64,000 nt of DNA from Candidatus Bathyarchaeia archaeon (GCA_038882955.1 JAVZNC010000001.1:256001-320000); one strand, 5' to 3'. Positions 48,139 to 58,927 are shown, counted from the stretch's first letter. A program made the numbers and translations. The notes: generated by a model from the sequence alone, not told the origin.

Positions 48139-48212
48139 AATCCTCCACCATCCGTTCTCGTCGAATAATCTCCAAAGCTGGGCTCTTCCATCTTACAAAC
48201 ACACCAATTCAT
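48093..48212 (-). other. Candidate leader uORF or leader element of mgtA
   Basis: ATG 48212 (or 48191) to TAA 48093, overlapping the first mgtA ATG and ending 8 nt before the second in-frame ATG (48084). Confidence 0.35.
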
Positions 48213-48349
48213 AAAATTCTTTCTACAAATTCACGCTAAAACGGACAACAGTTTCTGTTAAGAACACTAAAGGACATGCCTTAAATGTTCAACAGCCTTC
48301 GCCGCTAAGAGAATTTAGTTCCTGAAAAGATTGTTTATTCTACGCTCTT

Positions 48350-48745
48350 TTAGATTTTGCCCCTTGTTGAATAGTATTCTCTCACTATGCCCGCTGTTAA
48401 GGCTACTAGACCAACAGCCAATAAGTAAATGAGCGGATAAATGAATACTGAAAGCAGATTTTCATAGGTGACCGCTTGCGGCAACTGCGGCGTAAAGAAC
48501 AATGAAACCCAGACTATGACGAATGTGGCGATGCAGCCGACGCCTAGGCCAACAGAAAGCCCGTGGATGAAGCTGCTTCTATCTTCAACCTGATTGTTTG
48601 CTTTGTTTTTTCGCCCTTCTCTTTTCCGTTCTCTTTCTTCAAACGCTTCTGCTTCTTCCACTAGTTCTTCTTGCTCGGCGCTTTCCTCCTGTTGAATTTC
48701 ATCTTCAGATAGTACTTCCTCACTTTGTGCTGCCTCGGTTTCCAT
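48350..48745 (-). CDS. Hypothetical membrane protein with Glu-rich N-terminus
   Basis: Acidic low-complexity N-terminus, two TM helices. Confidence 0.65.
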   Translation of the reverse strand: METEAAQSEEVLSEDEIQQEESAEQEELVEEAEAFEERERKREGRKNKANNQVEDRSSFIHGLSVGLGVGCIATFVIVWVSLFFTPQLPQAVTYENLLSVFIYPLIYLLAVGLVALTAGIVREYYSTRGKI

Positions 48746-48853
48746 GGTGCTCGCCTTCTGTTTTTTGTTATGCGGGTTGATTAATAAGATTATTCAATTT
48801 TAGATTCTGTTTTTGAATACGAATTGAAAATACAGAATTTAAAGGCAAAAAGG

Positions 48854-49114
48854 CTATTTTAAAGCAAGTTTTGGCGTTAACTGTTCTATTGCACTTTTAA
48901 GCCTATTCCACTCGTCAAGGTTCCTTATGTTAAACTTGTGTTTACGCTTCCATGCGCCGTTTCTTTTTTGCCAAAGGTACAAGCCTATTGAGCGCTTCCC
49001 GTAAGATTCAAAGATGACGATGGCTTCCCACCACTTTTCACTCTTAAAGATTGTGACATAATCAACGACCTTGTAGAATTCGGATATTGGCAATTTCTCT
49101 GATGCTTCCGCCAT
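48854..49114 (-). CDS. Small basic hypothetical protein
   Basis: Trp/Lys-rich beta strands plus a C-terminal helix. Confidence 0.65.
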   Translation of the reverse strand: MAEASEKLPISEFYKVVDYVTIFKSEKWWEAIVIFESYGKRSIGLYLWQKRNGAWKRKHKFNIRNLDEWNRLKSAIEQLTPKLALK

Positions 49115-49172
49115 GCTGATCACGCTGCCTTATAGTTCAGTCACCAGCGCTTTTAAGCCTTTTAACGGCTAA

Positions 49173-50282
49173 TTAGCCTTGTTTTGTCTTACTTACTACG
49201 AGAATGGGAATCAGCATCAGCGAGAAGGCGCCCAAAAGCGTGAAGTAGCCGGAAAAGTTTCCTTCTGGAAGGAAAACGCATGTGGGTAAAAGGTTTATTA
49301 TTCTTCCAATCATTAGGCCTACCTCCATAAAAACAAGTGTGCTTGCATAGTGTTCTTTGCTGAAAGAATCTCCATAGTGAGCAAACCATGAAAGTGTGAA
49401 GGCGCTTGCAAAACCGGACAAGGTGGATAACATGATTATTTCGTGTGGTGCTGAGGCATAGCCTATCAAGAAAAACCACGAGGCGTTTAATAATACGCCT
49501 ATAACGGTGAATTCAACACGCATCATTTTGATGTCTGAAAGCCAGTTAACCAGAAAAGTTATAATGGACATGATGACGCTTGCAGCTGCAAGAACCAGTC
49601 CCATCATAGAGATTGTTTCTGAAATTTTGTTAACAAAAAGCGGGTAGGCAAGCCAGTAAGCTTCAGACATGCCAAAAAGAATAAACGTTAAAAAAAAGAC
49701 TGGAAATTTTCTCTCCTTCGGAATTGACAAGCCGCAAGTTTCAGTTCTAAACGTCATGCGCATGGAGAAGATTAAGGCGGCAAAATATAGGATTATGGAC
49801 AGCATGAAAAGGGATTGAAACTTGAAACTTTCTATGATGAGGCCTCCGACTGCTGGGCCAACTATGCTGGCAATTGATGGTATTATTGAGGAGAATAGGC
49901 TTACGGTTCTCGCCCTAAAGTTTGAAGTGCTCAGCCTAAATTGTAGGAGGTTGAAGCTCGGCCAAAATGTTGCTGTGCTTAGGCCGTAGGCTATTCCGAG
50001 TATTACGGGGTTTTTAACGTAGATCAGCGCCGCGTAAAATAGCATGGTGAAGATTATTCCGAGGCAGATTATTCTTTCAAAGTTTTTGGTGAGCTTGAGT
50101 ATGAGCATTGGGAGGAGACCAACTATTAGGAAGGTTATCAGCAAGAGTGTGACTATTTCGATTATGCTTAAGCCTAATTCTACGTAATAAATTGGAAGGA
50201 ACATTCCAGTTAGGTAGTTTGTGAAGAAGAATATGCTTGCAACGATGGTTAGGGTCTTAAATGTTCTTGTTTGCACACGCAA
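49173..50282 (-). CDS. MFS transporter
   Basis: About 12 TM helices, GPAVGGLII, WLSD. Confidence 0.8.
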   Translation of the reverse strand: MRVQTRTFKTLTIVASIFFFTNYLTGMFLPIYYVELGLSIIEIVTLLLITFLIVGLLPMLILKLTKNFERIICLGIIFTMLFYAALIYVKNPVILGIAYGLSTATFWPSFNLLQFRLSTSNFRARTVSLFSSIIPSIASIVGPAVGGLIIESFKFQSLFMLSIILYFAALIFSMRMTFRTETCGLSIPKERKFPVFFLTFILFGMSEAYWLAYPLFVNKISETISMMGLVLAAASVIMSIITFLVNWLSDIKMMRVEFTVIGVLLNASWFFLIGYASAPHEIIMLSTLSGFASAFTLSWFAHYGDSFSKEHYASTLVFMEVGLMIGRIINLLPTCVFLPEGNFSGYFTLLGAFSLMLIPILVVSKTKQG

Positions 50283-50340
50283 ATCCTCGGTTAACTATGC
50301 GATGTTCTAATTGTATTGAACGACTTCGCATAATTAATTG

Positions 50341-51561
50341 TTAGTATGTTTGCACTTTTCCTTGGGCAAGCTCCATACAGAACTTGTCTATGTTTTCAAG
50401 TTCGTAATCTAGCACTTCGCTTATCTCCTGCCTAACCTTGTCAAGCGAGTTATCACCCTTCATTATGACTTGGGCTGCAGCGACTGCTGGCTGGTCGATT
50501 GGACTGCCTATTTTGCTTAAAAGCCAAATGTAAACCTCCTCAACCTCTGGAACTTCCTCGTAAACATGTTGCGCTATCTTGTAGGTTAAAACGTTATAGA
50601 TTTTTCCAACATGGCTAACTGGGTTTTTGCCAGCTGCAGCCTCGGAACAGAAAGGTCTATTTAATGATATTAGTCCGTTTACGCGGTTGCCCCTTCCAAC
50701 TTGCCCAGAATCGCCGCTGTCAGCGCTTGTGCCCAGGACTGTTAGGTATACGCCACCTATGCCTCTTCCACGCATGTCCAAAGTGTTTAGTTGGACGTTG
50801 ATTTTGTCGAAGTCTATGTTTGCCTCTACAAAGCGTTTTGTTTCTTCTAGGATTTTCGCTTTCTTTTCAAAGTAGTCTTCCTCGCTGTACACGTAGCGGT
50901 CGACAAAGGCCATTGAAATTGTTAGGTTTAGGCTGTTGTTGGCTCTGAATCCCATGACTTTTATGTCTTCCCCAGACTCTGGAAAACGCTGCTTAAACTC
51001 TTTGGAATTCAAAAACCTTTCAGTTTTCAGAACAATCTTTTCAGTTTTTGTCATAGGCGCATAGCCAACAGCGGCTGAAGTGTCATTAGCGCCTAGAACT
51101 TTGCCCTTACGCTTGAAAATGTCAACAAGCCCAGCTGAGCCAGGCTTTAACTCAACTTGATATTTCACATGCTTCTCTGGGTCTATGAAGCGCATATTCT
51201 GCCTAAACCACTGTTTTGCAACGTTTACGGCTATGCTTGCGACATCAATTTTTGTGCCGTTAAACTCCGCTGTTGCCCTATCGCCGAAAACGAAGAGCAT
51301 TGGCTGCTTAACGGTGCCTCCGCCAAACTTTGGTTCTGATTCGCCAGCCACAAGCAGGGACTTGTCAACGTTATGGTGCAGTATTGCGCCTGCCTTTTCC
51401 AGATACTCTTTGCTTAGACGTATTGAGATTTGGTCCATAACCGCGTCGCATATGTAGTCTGGGTGTCCCAAACCTTTCCTTTCAACTATTTCTATGCGCT
51501 GCTTTTCCAGTGGTGTTTGCTTTAAGTCTTCAACGATTATGTTTCGCATTTTAGTTTCCAT
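50341..51561 (-). CDS. mat: Archaeal S-adenosylmethionine synthetase
   Basis: ERKGLGHPD, HHNVDK, ANDTS, GEDIKVMG, GRGNR, GKNPVSHVGK. Confidence 0.96.
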   Translation of the reverse strand: METKMRNIIVEDLKQTPLEKQRIEIVERKGLGHPDYICDAVMDQISIRLSKEYLEKAGAILHHNVDKSLLVAGESEPKFGGGTVKQPMLFVFGDRATAEFNGTKIDVASIAVNVAKQWFRQNMRFIDPEKHVKYQVELKPGSAGLVDIFKRKGKVLGANDTSAAVGYAPMTKTEKIVLKTERFLNSKEFKQRFPESGEDIKVMGFRANNSLNLTISMAFVDRYVYSEEDYFEKKAKILEETKRFVEANIDFDKINVQLNTLDMRGRGIGGVYLTVLGTSADSGDSGQVGRGNRVNGLISLNRPFCSEAAAGKNPVSHVGKIYNVLTYKIAQHVYEEVPEVEEVYIWLLSKIGSPIDQPAVAAAQVIMKGDNSLDKVRQEISEVLDYELENIDKFCMELAQGKVQTY

Positions 51562-51644
51562 CCGCGAAGTTTAAGTTGTATGCACGAAAACAAATATATA
51601 TTTTACTGTATCAGTTTATAAATGATAATAACTGGTGGTTATTT

Positions 51645-52178
51645 TTGGCGATAACTGGAAACCACCTAAAAAGGTTAAGAATTGAGGCTGGACTAACCCA
51701 GAAAAAATTAGCAGAACTTGTCGGAGTGTCACAGGCGCACATAGCAAAGATAGAGCAGGGAAAAGTTGACCCGAGGCTTTCAACAATAAACAAGATTTTG
51801 GGAGTTTTAGCTGGCGGAAAAGGGTTAAAATGTATGGATTTGATGACGAAAGGCGTGATTTTCGCGAAGCCAAACAACAGCATTTTTAGGGTAAGCGAAA
51901 TCATGGTGCGTAATGCAATATCGCAGATGCCAGTTTTGGACAAAGGGAGAGTTGTCGGTACAATAACTGAGGAAGACATCATAAGAAACCTTAACGCTGA
52001 CATTGCAGAAGAAAAAGTGAAAGAGATAATGGGTCCGCCGCTGCCCATGGTCTCAGAAGAAACGCCAATAGATTCAATACGCCCGCTGCTTGAGAGACAC
52101 CCGGGGGTTTTGGTTGTGCGTGGTAAAGAAATTGTTGGAATAATAACGCGTTCAGACTTGTTAAAGACTATAGGTTAG
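51645..52178 (+). CDS. XRE-HTH plus CBS-pair transcriptional regulator
   Basis: GLTQKKLAELVGVSQAHIAKIE.G.VDPRLST; two CBS domains. Confidence 0.9.
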   Translation: MAITGNHLKRLRIEAGLTQKKLAELVGVSQAHIAKIEQGKVDPRLSTINKILGVLAGGKGLKCMDLMTKGVIFAKPNNSIFRVSEIMVRNAISQMPVLDKGRVVGTITEEDIIRNLNADIAEEKVKEIMGPPLPMVSEETPIDSIRPLLERHPGVLVVRGKEIVGIITRSDLLKTIG

Positions 52179-52193
52179 GAGGATGTTAAAGGC

Positions 52194-53378
52194 TTGGGGT
52201 TGGATGATTTTAGGTTGAAATTGGAAATGGCGGTTGAGGAGTTTAGAACAGCTAAACCTAAAGAAGCCTTGATAATTCACCATGATGATGCTGATGGATT
52301 ATGCTCGGCAGCCATAACCTTGAGGGCTTTGGAAAGGGAAGGCGTAAAAGCCAAGACGTTCTGTCTTGAGAAGGTTTACACTGAAGTTATAGCGGACTTG
52401 CATTCAAAGAGTGGCGAAACGATTTTTTACGTTGATATTGGCTCCTCGCATGCAGATTTGATTTCAGAATTTAACAAGGGCAAGAACTTGACGATAATAC
52501 TTGACCATCACGACCCAAAGCCTTCGTCAGACCCAAAAGTTTTGGATTTAAACCTTGAAAATTACGGGTTTAGGGGCGAAACAGACTTTTCTGGGGCAAC
52601 ATGCTGCTACCTATTTGCGAAAGCCCTAAATGAAGAGAATTTTGAACTGAGCTATTTGGCTTTGGTTGGAAGTTGCGAAATTCCAGACGGTTTCCTAGCG
52701 ATAAACAAAATGGTTTTAGAAGAAGCCTTAAAAAGCGGAGTGGTTCAACAGAAAGGCAAAAATTTCGAAATACAAAAGCTGAAGACACGCTTGGACACGC
52801 TTTTCTCGAAACTTCAAATCTTGGGCGCCGTGGGCTACTATGAAGGCGGACCCGAAATCGGCGTAAAGGCTTGCCTTGAAGGCTTAAGTAAAGACGCGGA
52901 AAACATGGTTGAAGTTTTGGAGGCTAGGCGTAAGGAGGCAAACCGAAAAGTTTTGGCTAAGCTTTACCGTGAAAGGCTAATGGAAACGGAACACATCCAA
53001 TGGTTTGATGCGGGAGACATGTACCGTGGAATGGGAACAAAAGTGATTGGACAATTCTGCTCGTTTCTCGCTTACCAGAAGAGTCTAATAAAACCAGAAA
53101 AGTACATTTTGGGATTCGTGAACGTGCCTAGGGAAATCCCAAACTGGGGAACGCTAAGAGAATCATTTATTAAGGCTTCTGTGCGCGTGCCAAAAACAAT
53201 GCAGCCACTAATTGACAACGGCAAGCTTCCGGGAGCAGTTAACTTGCTGGAAAAGGCTTCTGAGGGATTTGGTGTTGCTGATGGACATCAGTACGCTGCA
53301 AACGTCATAGTGCCAACGGAGAAGAAGCATTTGCTATTGGAAAATGCGGAGAAGGAATTAGCGCGTTGGGTGCCTTAA
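52194..53378 (+). CDS. DHH-family phosphoesterase (RecJ-like)
   Basis: HHDDADG, DIGS, DHH, SGA, GHQYAA. Confidence 0.85.
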   Translation: MGLDDFRLKLEMAVEEFRTAKPKEALIIHHDDADGLCSAAITLRALEREGVKAKTFCLEKVYTEVIADLHSKSGETIFYVDIGSSHADLISEFNKGKNLTIILDHHDPKPSSDPKVLDLNLENYGFRGETDFSGATCCYLFAKALNEENFELSYLALVGSCEIPDGFLAINKMVLEEALKSGVVQQKGKNFEIQKLKTRLDTLFSKLQILGAVGYYEGGPEIGVKACLEGLSKDAENMVEVLEARRKEANRKVLAKLYRERLMETEHIQWFDAGDMYRGMGTKVIGQFCSFLAYQKSLIKPEKYILGFVNVPREIPNWGTLRESFIKASVRVPKTMQPLIDNGKLPGAVNLLEKASEGFGVADGHQYAANVIVPTEKKHLLLENAEKELARWVP

Positions 53379-54757
53379 AATCCAGCCTTTACCGGATTCC
53401 GCACTTTCATAATTTCTCGCAATAGAACTGTGGCGTAGGAACCGCGAAGCAGCATAAAGTGCATTTTAACAGCGTTCTTTGAGGGATTGGTTGAATCCTT
53501 CAATATTTCGTCTAGTGCAAAGTTCCTTGATGGCGTTATCATAGTTCGAAGTTCGCCTTTTGAACTAATTTCTGGAATAGACTTAACTTTGAAGTTTTCT
53601 TGGAAGACGCCTTCCTCCTCCAAAATTTCCTTTTCTAGTTCGCCCTGAACTCCCCGTGAAGTTTTCTGTTTGAAGCCTACCAGTGGAAGCGCCAAGCGCA
53701 GCCGTCCACTCTTCAGAGACGTGTTCACATCGGCAAGTGTATTGGCGTCCACGCTCTTGTGCATTATTAGCACTGGAAGCCCGTTTCGTTCAACATTAAC
53801 CACGTAGTCGCCGACATCCGCCACGTTAAGTGGAAGACCGCGGCTTATTCTTGCACTTAGAAATTTGTTGAAGAGGTATGCTTGATACGCTTGTATAAAG
53901 AGCCGCAAAAGCTTGTTTGGTAGTCGCCTAAACGCTCCCACGTAGTCTTCTGGCTTTTTGGCTAAGTGCTCAAGCATTAAGCGTTCAAAACGTAGGCTTC
54001 GCGGAAAAATTTTTAGGGCTTTCCGGAAGTCTTGCGTAGCCAATAAAGCTTCTCTTGCTTGCCTCGATTCTGGATGCTCGTATTTACTTGTTTTTGCAAG
54101 AAAAAGCATCGCTGCTTTCCTAAATTTTCCTTGAATTAAGGCTTTACCAACAAGATGCGTTATTGGGCGGACTGTGCCGAACCGCTGGTGACCGAAAAAG
54201 TTTGGAACTCCACCCAAAGCTTCAATTTCTTCGATGGTCTTCTCTATTCGCGTTTTCACTGCGCTCTGCGAGTGCCTCACCATTCTGACAATGATGTTGA
54301 AGTCGTTGCCCAAGAGAAAGTACGGAGAGATTTTACCCTTAAAATATCCAACATTGCGGATTTCTATGCCGCTAACTTTAACTTTGGAGAGATTTTCAGC
54401 ATGTACATCTTCAATCGTGATGAATTGGGCGGTTAGGGCTTTTGCATCTTTTATTCCGGCAATCTGAATGCGCGTAGGACTTATGTCTAACTGTCTGGCA
54501 ATGGCTTTAACAGCCAAAAAATTGTCCCAGTTCCGCTTAACCAAAACGCACAGCAGATGGCGCGTTTCTATATTTGAAAGGTTAAAAGTTTTGGTTTCGC
54601 CAGTTTTAGGCGATGCCACTTTAGCCCTTGAACCGTCAATAAGCACCTCTTCAACAACGAAATCTTCAGGAAAAAGTTTGAGGACGCCGCCTATACCATT
54701 TGAGCGCGTGGCATAAACCTCAATTCCGATAAGCTTCTCAACCCTTGGAACAAGCAA
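53375..54757 (-). CDS. truD: tRNA pseudouridine(13) synthase
   Basis: PEDFVVEE, AGIKDAKA, GNDF, PNFFGHQRFG, GSYATVLLRE. Confidence 0.95.
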   Translation of the reverse strand: MLVPRVEKLIGIEVYATRSNGIGGVLKLFPEDFVVEEVLIDGSRAKVASPKTGETKTFNLSNIETRHLLCVLVKRNWDNFLAVKAIARQLDISPTRIQIAGIKDAKALTAQFITIEDVHAENLSKVKVSGIEIRNVGYFKGKISPYFLLGNDFNIIVRMVRHSQSAVKTRIEKTIEEIEALGGVPNFFGHQRFGTVRPITHLVGKALIQGKFRKAAMLFLAKTSKYEHPESRQAREALLATQDFRKALKIFPRSLRFERLMLEHLAKKPEDYVGAFRRLPNKLLRLFIQAYQAYLFNKFLSARISRGLPLNVADVGDYVVNVERNGLPVLIMHKSVDANTLADVNTSLKSGRLRLALPLVGFKQKTSRGVQGELEKEILEEEGVFQENFKVKSIPEISSKGELRTMITPSRNFALDEILKDSTNPSKNAVKMHFMLLRGSYATVLLREIMKVRNPVKAGF

Positions 54758-54768
54758 ACATTAAACCT

Positions 54769-55134
54769 CTAAAGAAGCGGAAGCAAACCAGTTATTTTGT
54801 CCACCTCTTCGGCTGGTGCTGGTCCAATTCCTAGACAGGTTATTGTTCCAGGCGGAACTTCTGTTAAGCCCCTATCAACTATTAGGGCGCATGGCAAGGC
54901 GAGTTCTTTCGCTTTCTTTTCCAAATCCAGAAGCTCTTTTTCGCTTTTCACTTTAACTGCTATCTTGCACTGTCCCTCGTTTATCCAAGCCTTCCACCAC
55001 GCTTGATGCTTTTTGCGGGCTTCTTCAGCTGCTGAAACTGCTGCGTGTCCAGCTTGCGCTGCAATCTTGCCCTTGCTCAATTTTAGGTCGGAACGAAAAA
55101 CTATGACTTGCTTGTAGCGAAATTCGGACATCAC
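54769..55134 (-). CDS. pth2: Peptidyl-tRNA hydrolase Pth2
   Basis: DLKLSKGKIAAQAGHA, DRGLTEVPPGT. Confidence 0.95.
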   Translation of the reverse strand: MMSEFRYKQVIVFRSDLKLSKGKIAAQAGHAAVSAAEEARKKHQAWWKAWINEGQCKIAVKVKSEKELLDLEKKAKELALPCALIVDRGLTEVPPGTITCLGIGPAPAEEVDKITGLLPLL

Positions 55135-55173
55135 GCTTACCGCCGTCTCTGTCAGTTCTGCCGTTCAAACATT

Positions 55174-56397
55174 TTAAAGCTTCGCAGAAAAGTATAGCGC
55201 AAAAAAAGCGAAGAGCGCCTGCAAAATTTTGGGTTTTGGCACTAGCTTCAGTAAGGCTTTTCCTTGAAAATCCAAGTCGCTAAAACTACGCAAATCTTCA
55301 TCCAAACCGAGCCTAACACAAGTTTTAACCAAAGAGTCCAGTTTCTCGTCGGAAATCGCATCGAGCATTCGCCTAACCCTAAACATAAAACTCACGTCAA
55401 AACCAAAACTTCTTTTAAAACGTTTCTGGTAATCGCCCAAGAACTTGGCTGAAACATCATCTGCAAGCAACGCCTCAAGCGCTGTTCCAGCCGCAATTTT
55501 TGCGCAATTCATGCCGAGAATTATGCCGCCGCCAGTAGTGGGTTTCACTTGTGAAGCTGCATCGCCAACAGCCAAAAAGCCGTTGGAAAATGTTTTCGGA
55601 ATGAATCCTCCAAGCGGTATTAGATGAAAAGCAGTATGCAGTATTTTCGCTGACTTTAACGCTTTTGAGGCAACAGGATGCTTTGACACAAAGCGATGTA
55701 AAAGTTCTTTTGGGTTTCCCTGTTTAGCGGCTAATCCAACCTTCGCTGTTCCATCCTTTCGTGGGATAATCCACGCGTAAAATCCAAGGGCGTAGGTGCT
55801 TCCAAGAAAAACTTGGACGCTGTCCGTTTCAACATCATGCAAACCTTCAACTTCAGCGTTTACCCCATTAACCAGCATAGACGCATCGGCGCACTTCAAC
55901 CCAGTCTGCCTTAAAATTCTCGCTGATACGCCTTCAGCGTCAACCACAATTTTTGCATGTTCACTTTTGCTGTTTCCATTTACGCTAAACTTTACGCCTT
56001 TAACATAACCATCTTCAATAATTAAGGACTCTGCACGCGTGTTCAAATGGTATTCTACACGGTGAGCCTTTGCCAGTTCTGCAATATGCCTGTCGAAAAG
56101 GGCACGATTGACAACGCATGTTGAGGGTTTCTGAAAGTGAACAGCAAATTCCACGCCATTCGGCGAATAAAATTTTGCTCCACAAAAAGTGTTTTCCACA
56201 ACTTTTGCTGGAAGCGGAAGCAAACCCAAATCGCTTAAGCCTTTAAGGCTTACATGACCACTACAGTGCGCTGGAAAGCCTATTTCACCGTGCTCTTCAA
56301 AGACCTTTACACGTACGCCGTGCTTCGCTAGGTTGAGCGCCGCAAATGAACCACATGGTCCGCCGCCGATAACTATTACTTCTGCGGATGAACTCAT
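55174..56397 (-). CDS. Geranylgeranyl reductase-family FAD oxidoreductase
   Basis: GGGPCG, DAEG, YAWIIP, GDAASQVKPTTGGGI. Confidence 0.88.
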   Translation of the reverse strand: MSSSAEVIVIGGGPCGSFAALNLAKHGVRVKVFEEHGEIGFPAHCSGHVSLKGLSDLGLLPLPAKVVENTFCGAKFYSPNGVEFAVHFQKPSTCVVNRALFDRHIAELAKAHRVEYHLNTRAESLIIEDGYVKGVKFSVNGNSKSEHAKIVVDAEGVSARILRQTGLKCADASMLVNGVNAEVEGLHDVETDSVQVFLGSTYALGFYAWIIPRKDGTAKVGLAAKQGNPKELLHRFVSKHPVASKALKSAKILHTAFHLIPLGGFIPKTFSNGFLAVGDAASQVKPTTGGGIILGMNCAKIAAGTALEALLADDVSAKFLGDYQKRFKRSFGFDVSFMFRVRRMLDAISDEKLDSLVKTCVRLGLDEDLRSFSDLDFQGKALLKLVPKPKILQALFAFFALYFSAKL

Positions 56398-56428
56398 CAA
56401 AAGCACTTGAAAGTTTTGTTTAGCGCTT

Positions 56429-56656
56429 TTATGTTAAGATTTCAACTCGCCTTTTCCCACGAGTCATCGAGGTAACACGCACTTTCCCGCCGATCTCTAA
56501 ACGCATCAGAAGCTTGTTGAAGTCCTTAAACCCTAAATCCTCAAACTCTTCGCCTAACACTTCAAAAAGTTCATCGTCTGTCATGGCACCCTTCTTCCGC
56601 AGAATCTCCAGTAAAACGAATTCGGCTGGATGCGTCTTCCAAGTCTTAACGGGCAA
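56429..56656 (-). CDS. Small winged-helix protein downstream of cdc48
   Basis: MTDDEL...FNKLLMRLEIGGKVRV. Confidence 0.7.
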   Translation of the reverse strand: MPVKTWKTHPAEFVLLEILRKKGAMTDDELFEVLGEEFEDLGFKDFNKLLMRLEIGGKVRVTSMTRGKRRVEILT

Positions 56657-56670
56657 TGTTCACGCTTCTC

Positions 56671-58842
56671 CTAGGCAACTGGGGTTGCCGGTTTTTGCAC
56701 AACGCGGACTTGCTGCATAAAGCCCTTATACCATTTCTCCATGTCCGGCGTAATGGAAGGACCAATCTTCTTCAGTGCTTCTTGGAAATCAACTATGGAA
56801 ACTTCCTTCGCGTTCACGTCTCTTCGCAAGGCGTGCATCGCTGCTTCTCTGCACAACGCTTCAATATCAGCGCCAGAATAGTTCTTCGTCATCGCAACAA
56901 GCTGGTTTAGGTCAACGTCTTTGGCTAGCGGCATGTTCTTCGTGTAAATCTTGAATATCTGTAGGCGACTTTTCTCATCTGGCTCTGGCACATATATTAG
57001 CCGATCAAACCTTCCAGGGCGAAGAACGGCGGGGTCAACAATGTCTGGTCTGTTTGTGGCTGCTATCACGACTATGTCCTCCAGAGTGACTATGCCGTCC
57101 ATTTCCGTCAAGAGTTGGCTTATGACGCGTTCTGTTACGCCGCTGTCCGCGAAGCCCAAGCCCCTGCGTGGAACAAGCGAGTCAATCTCGTCGAAGAATA
57201 TTACCGCGGGCGCTGCCATTCTGGCTTTCCTGAAAACCTCACGTATTGCCTTTTCGGATTCCCCAACCCATTTGGAAAAGACCTCTGGACCCTTAATTGT
57301 TATGAAGTTAGCCTCGCTTTCGGTGGCAACAGCCCTAGCCAAAAGCGTCTTACCACAACCAGGCGGTCCATAAAGTAGGATGCCCTTTGGAGGCTTTATT
57401 CCTAGACGCTTGAATATGTCTGGGTTCTTCAGTGGCCATTCAACGGCTTCCTTAAGTTCTTGTTTAACTTCTTCCAGTCCGCCTATGTCTTCCCAGTGGA
57501 CTGTTGGCACTTCAATGTAGACTTCACGCATGGCTGTCGGCGTAACCTCCTTGTAGGCGCTTATGAAATCTTCCATTTTCACTTCCATCTTTTCCAGGAC
57601 GCTTGGCGGTATGCGCTCCTCCTCCAAGTTAATTTGCGGCAAGTATCGGCGCAGAGCTTTCATGGCTGTTTCTCGGCATAAAGCCGCAAGGTCAGCTCCA
57701 GTATAACCATGAGTCATCTCAGCCAACTTTTTAAGGTCAACATCCTCTGCCAATGGCATACCACGCGTATGAATCTGGAGAATCTCGTATCTCCCCTGCT
57801 TGTCTGGAACACCAATCTCAATTTCACGGTCGAATCTGCCAGGCCTACGAAGGGCTGGGTCAAGCGCGCCGGGACGGTTTGTTGCGCCTATTACTATGAC
57901 GTTTCCTCTCCCCGACAAACCGTCCATTAGGGCAAGGAGTTGCGCAACTACGCGCCTTTCAACTTCGCCTGTTACTTCTTCGCGTTTTGGCGCTATTGCG
58001 TCCAGTTCGTCTATAAATATTATGCTCGGCGCGTTTTGTTGGGCTTGCTGGAAAATCTCTCTAAGTCTAGCCTCTGATTCACCGTAGAACTTACTCATAA
58101 TTTCTGGACCGTTTATTGAGAAGAAGTTTGCTTCGGACTCATTTGCAACAGCCCTAGCCAAAAGCGTCTTACCACAACCAGGCGGTCCGTGAAGTAATAC
58201 GCCTTTTGGCGGTTCTATGCCTAACCTCTGGAAAAGTTCTGGATGCCTCAGTGGAAGTTCAACCATTTCCCTAACTCTTTGGATTTCCTCGTGCAGTCCG
58301 CCTATGTCCTCGTATGTTGTTCTCGGCAAGCCTTTTCCTTCTGGTGCCGGCTCATTCAAAATTGTTAGCCTTGTTTCTTGCGTGACTTTTATTATGCCGT
58401 GCGGGCGGGTTTTCGTTACTGTGAAGGGTATGGCGTGTCCGAGCATCATAACGAGAGTCGTGTCGCCCTCAACGAGGGTCCTCTCCATAAGGCGGTTCTT
58501 AACAAAATTTGTAAAATCCTCATCAACATTTAAACGCATGTCAACAGGCGCAAGGGTTACGCTTATTCCTTCCTTAACTTTAGCAGGTCTAACAATAACG
58601 TACTCGTTTATGGCTACTCCAGCGTTTTTGCGTGTAAAGCCGTCTATGCGTATTATGTCGCGGTTTTGGTCTTCGCTATAAGCCGGCCACGCTATGGCTG
58701 ATGTTGTCCTTTTTCCTACGATTTCGATTACGTCGCCGGCGGATATGCCGAGCTTCTGCATTGCTCTTTGGTCTATTCTGGCGATTCCTCTGCCTACATC
58801 CCTCTGTTTTGCGTCTCCAACGCGTAATTGTACTTCACTCAA
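56671..58842 (-). CDS. cdc48: CDC48/VAT AAA+ ATPase
   Basis: N-domain plus two AAA modules (GPPGCGKT twice, DELD/DEID, RPGRFDR twice). Confidence 0.97.
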   Translation of the reverse strand: MSEVQLRVGDAKQRDVGRGIARIDQRAMQKLGISAGDVIEIVGKRTTSAIAWPAYSEDQNRDIIRIDGFTRKNAGVAINEYVIVRPAKVKEGISVTLAPVDMRLNVDEDFTNFVKNRLMERTLVEGDTTLVMMLGHAIPFTVTKTRPHGIIKVTQETRLTILNEPAPEGKGLPRTTYEDIGGLHEEIQRVREMVELPLRHPELFQRLGIEPPKGVLLHGPPGCGKTLLARAVANESEANFFSINGPEIMSKFYGESEARLREIFQQAQQNAPSIIFIDELDAIAPKREEVTGEVERRVVAQLLALMDGLSGRGNVIVIGATNRPGALDPALRRPGRFDREIEIGVPDKQGRYEILQIHTRGMPLAEDVDLKKLAEMTHGYTGADLAALCRETAMKALRRYLPQINLEEERIPPSVLEKMEVKMEDFISAYKEVTPTAMREVYIEVPTVHWEDIGGLEEVKQELKEAVEWPLKNPDIFKRLGIKPPKGILLYGPPGCGKTLLARAVATESEANFITIKGPEVFSKWVGESEKAIREVFRKARMAAPAVIFFDEIDSLVPRRGLGFADSGVTERVISQLLTEMDGIVTLEDIVVIAATNRPDIVDPAVLRPGRFDRLIYVPEPDEKSRLQIFKIYTKNMPLAKDVDLNQLVAMTKNYSGADIEALCREAAMHALRRDVNAKEVSIVDFQEALKKIGPSITPDMEKWYKGFMQQVRVVQKPATPVA
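57326..58188. repeat. Perfect 44-nt direct repeat (57326-57369 and 58145-58188)
   Basis: gcaacagccctagccaaaagcgtcttaccacaaccaggcggtcc occurs in both Walker A regions. Confidence 0.95.
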
Positions 58843-58927
58843 CCAGAACACTTCCTTAAACGCGCGTATAGCACGTTTCGAAACAGAGCCTCAATCCTAT
58901 ATAAATGTTTTAGACTCTAAGTTAAGG

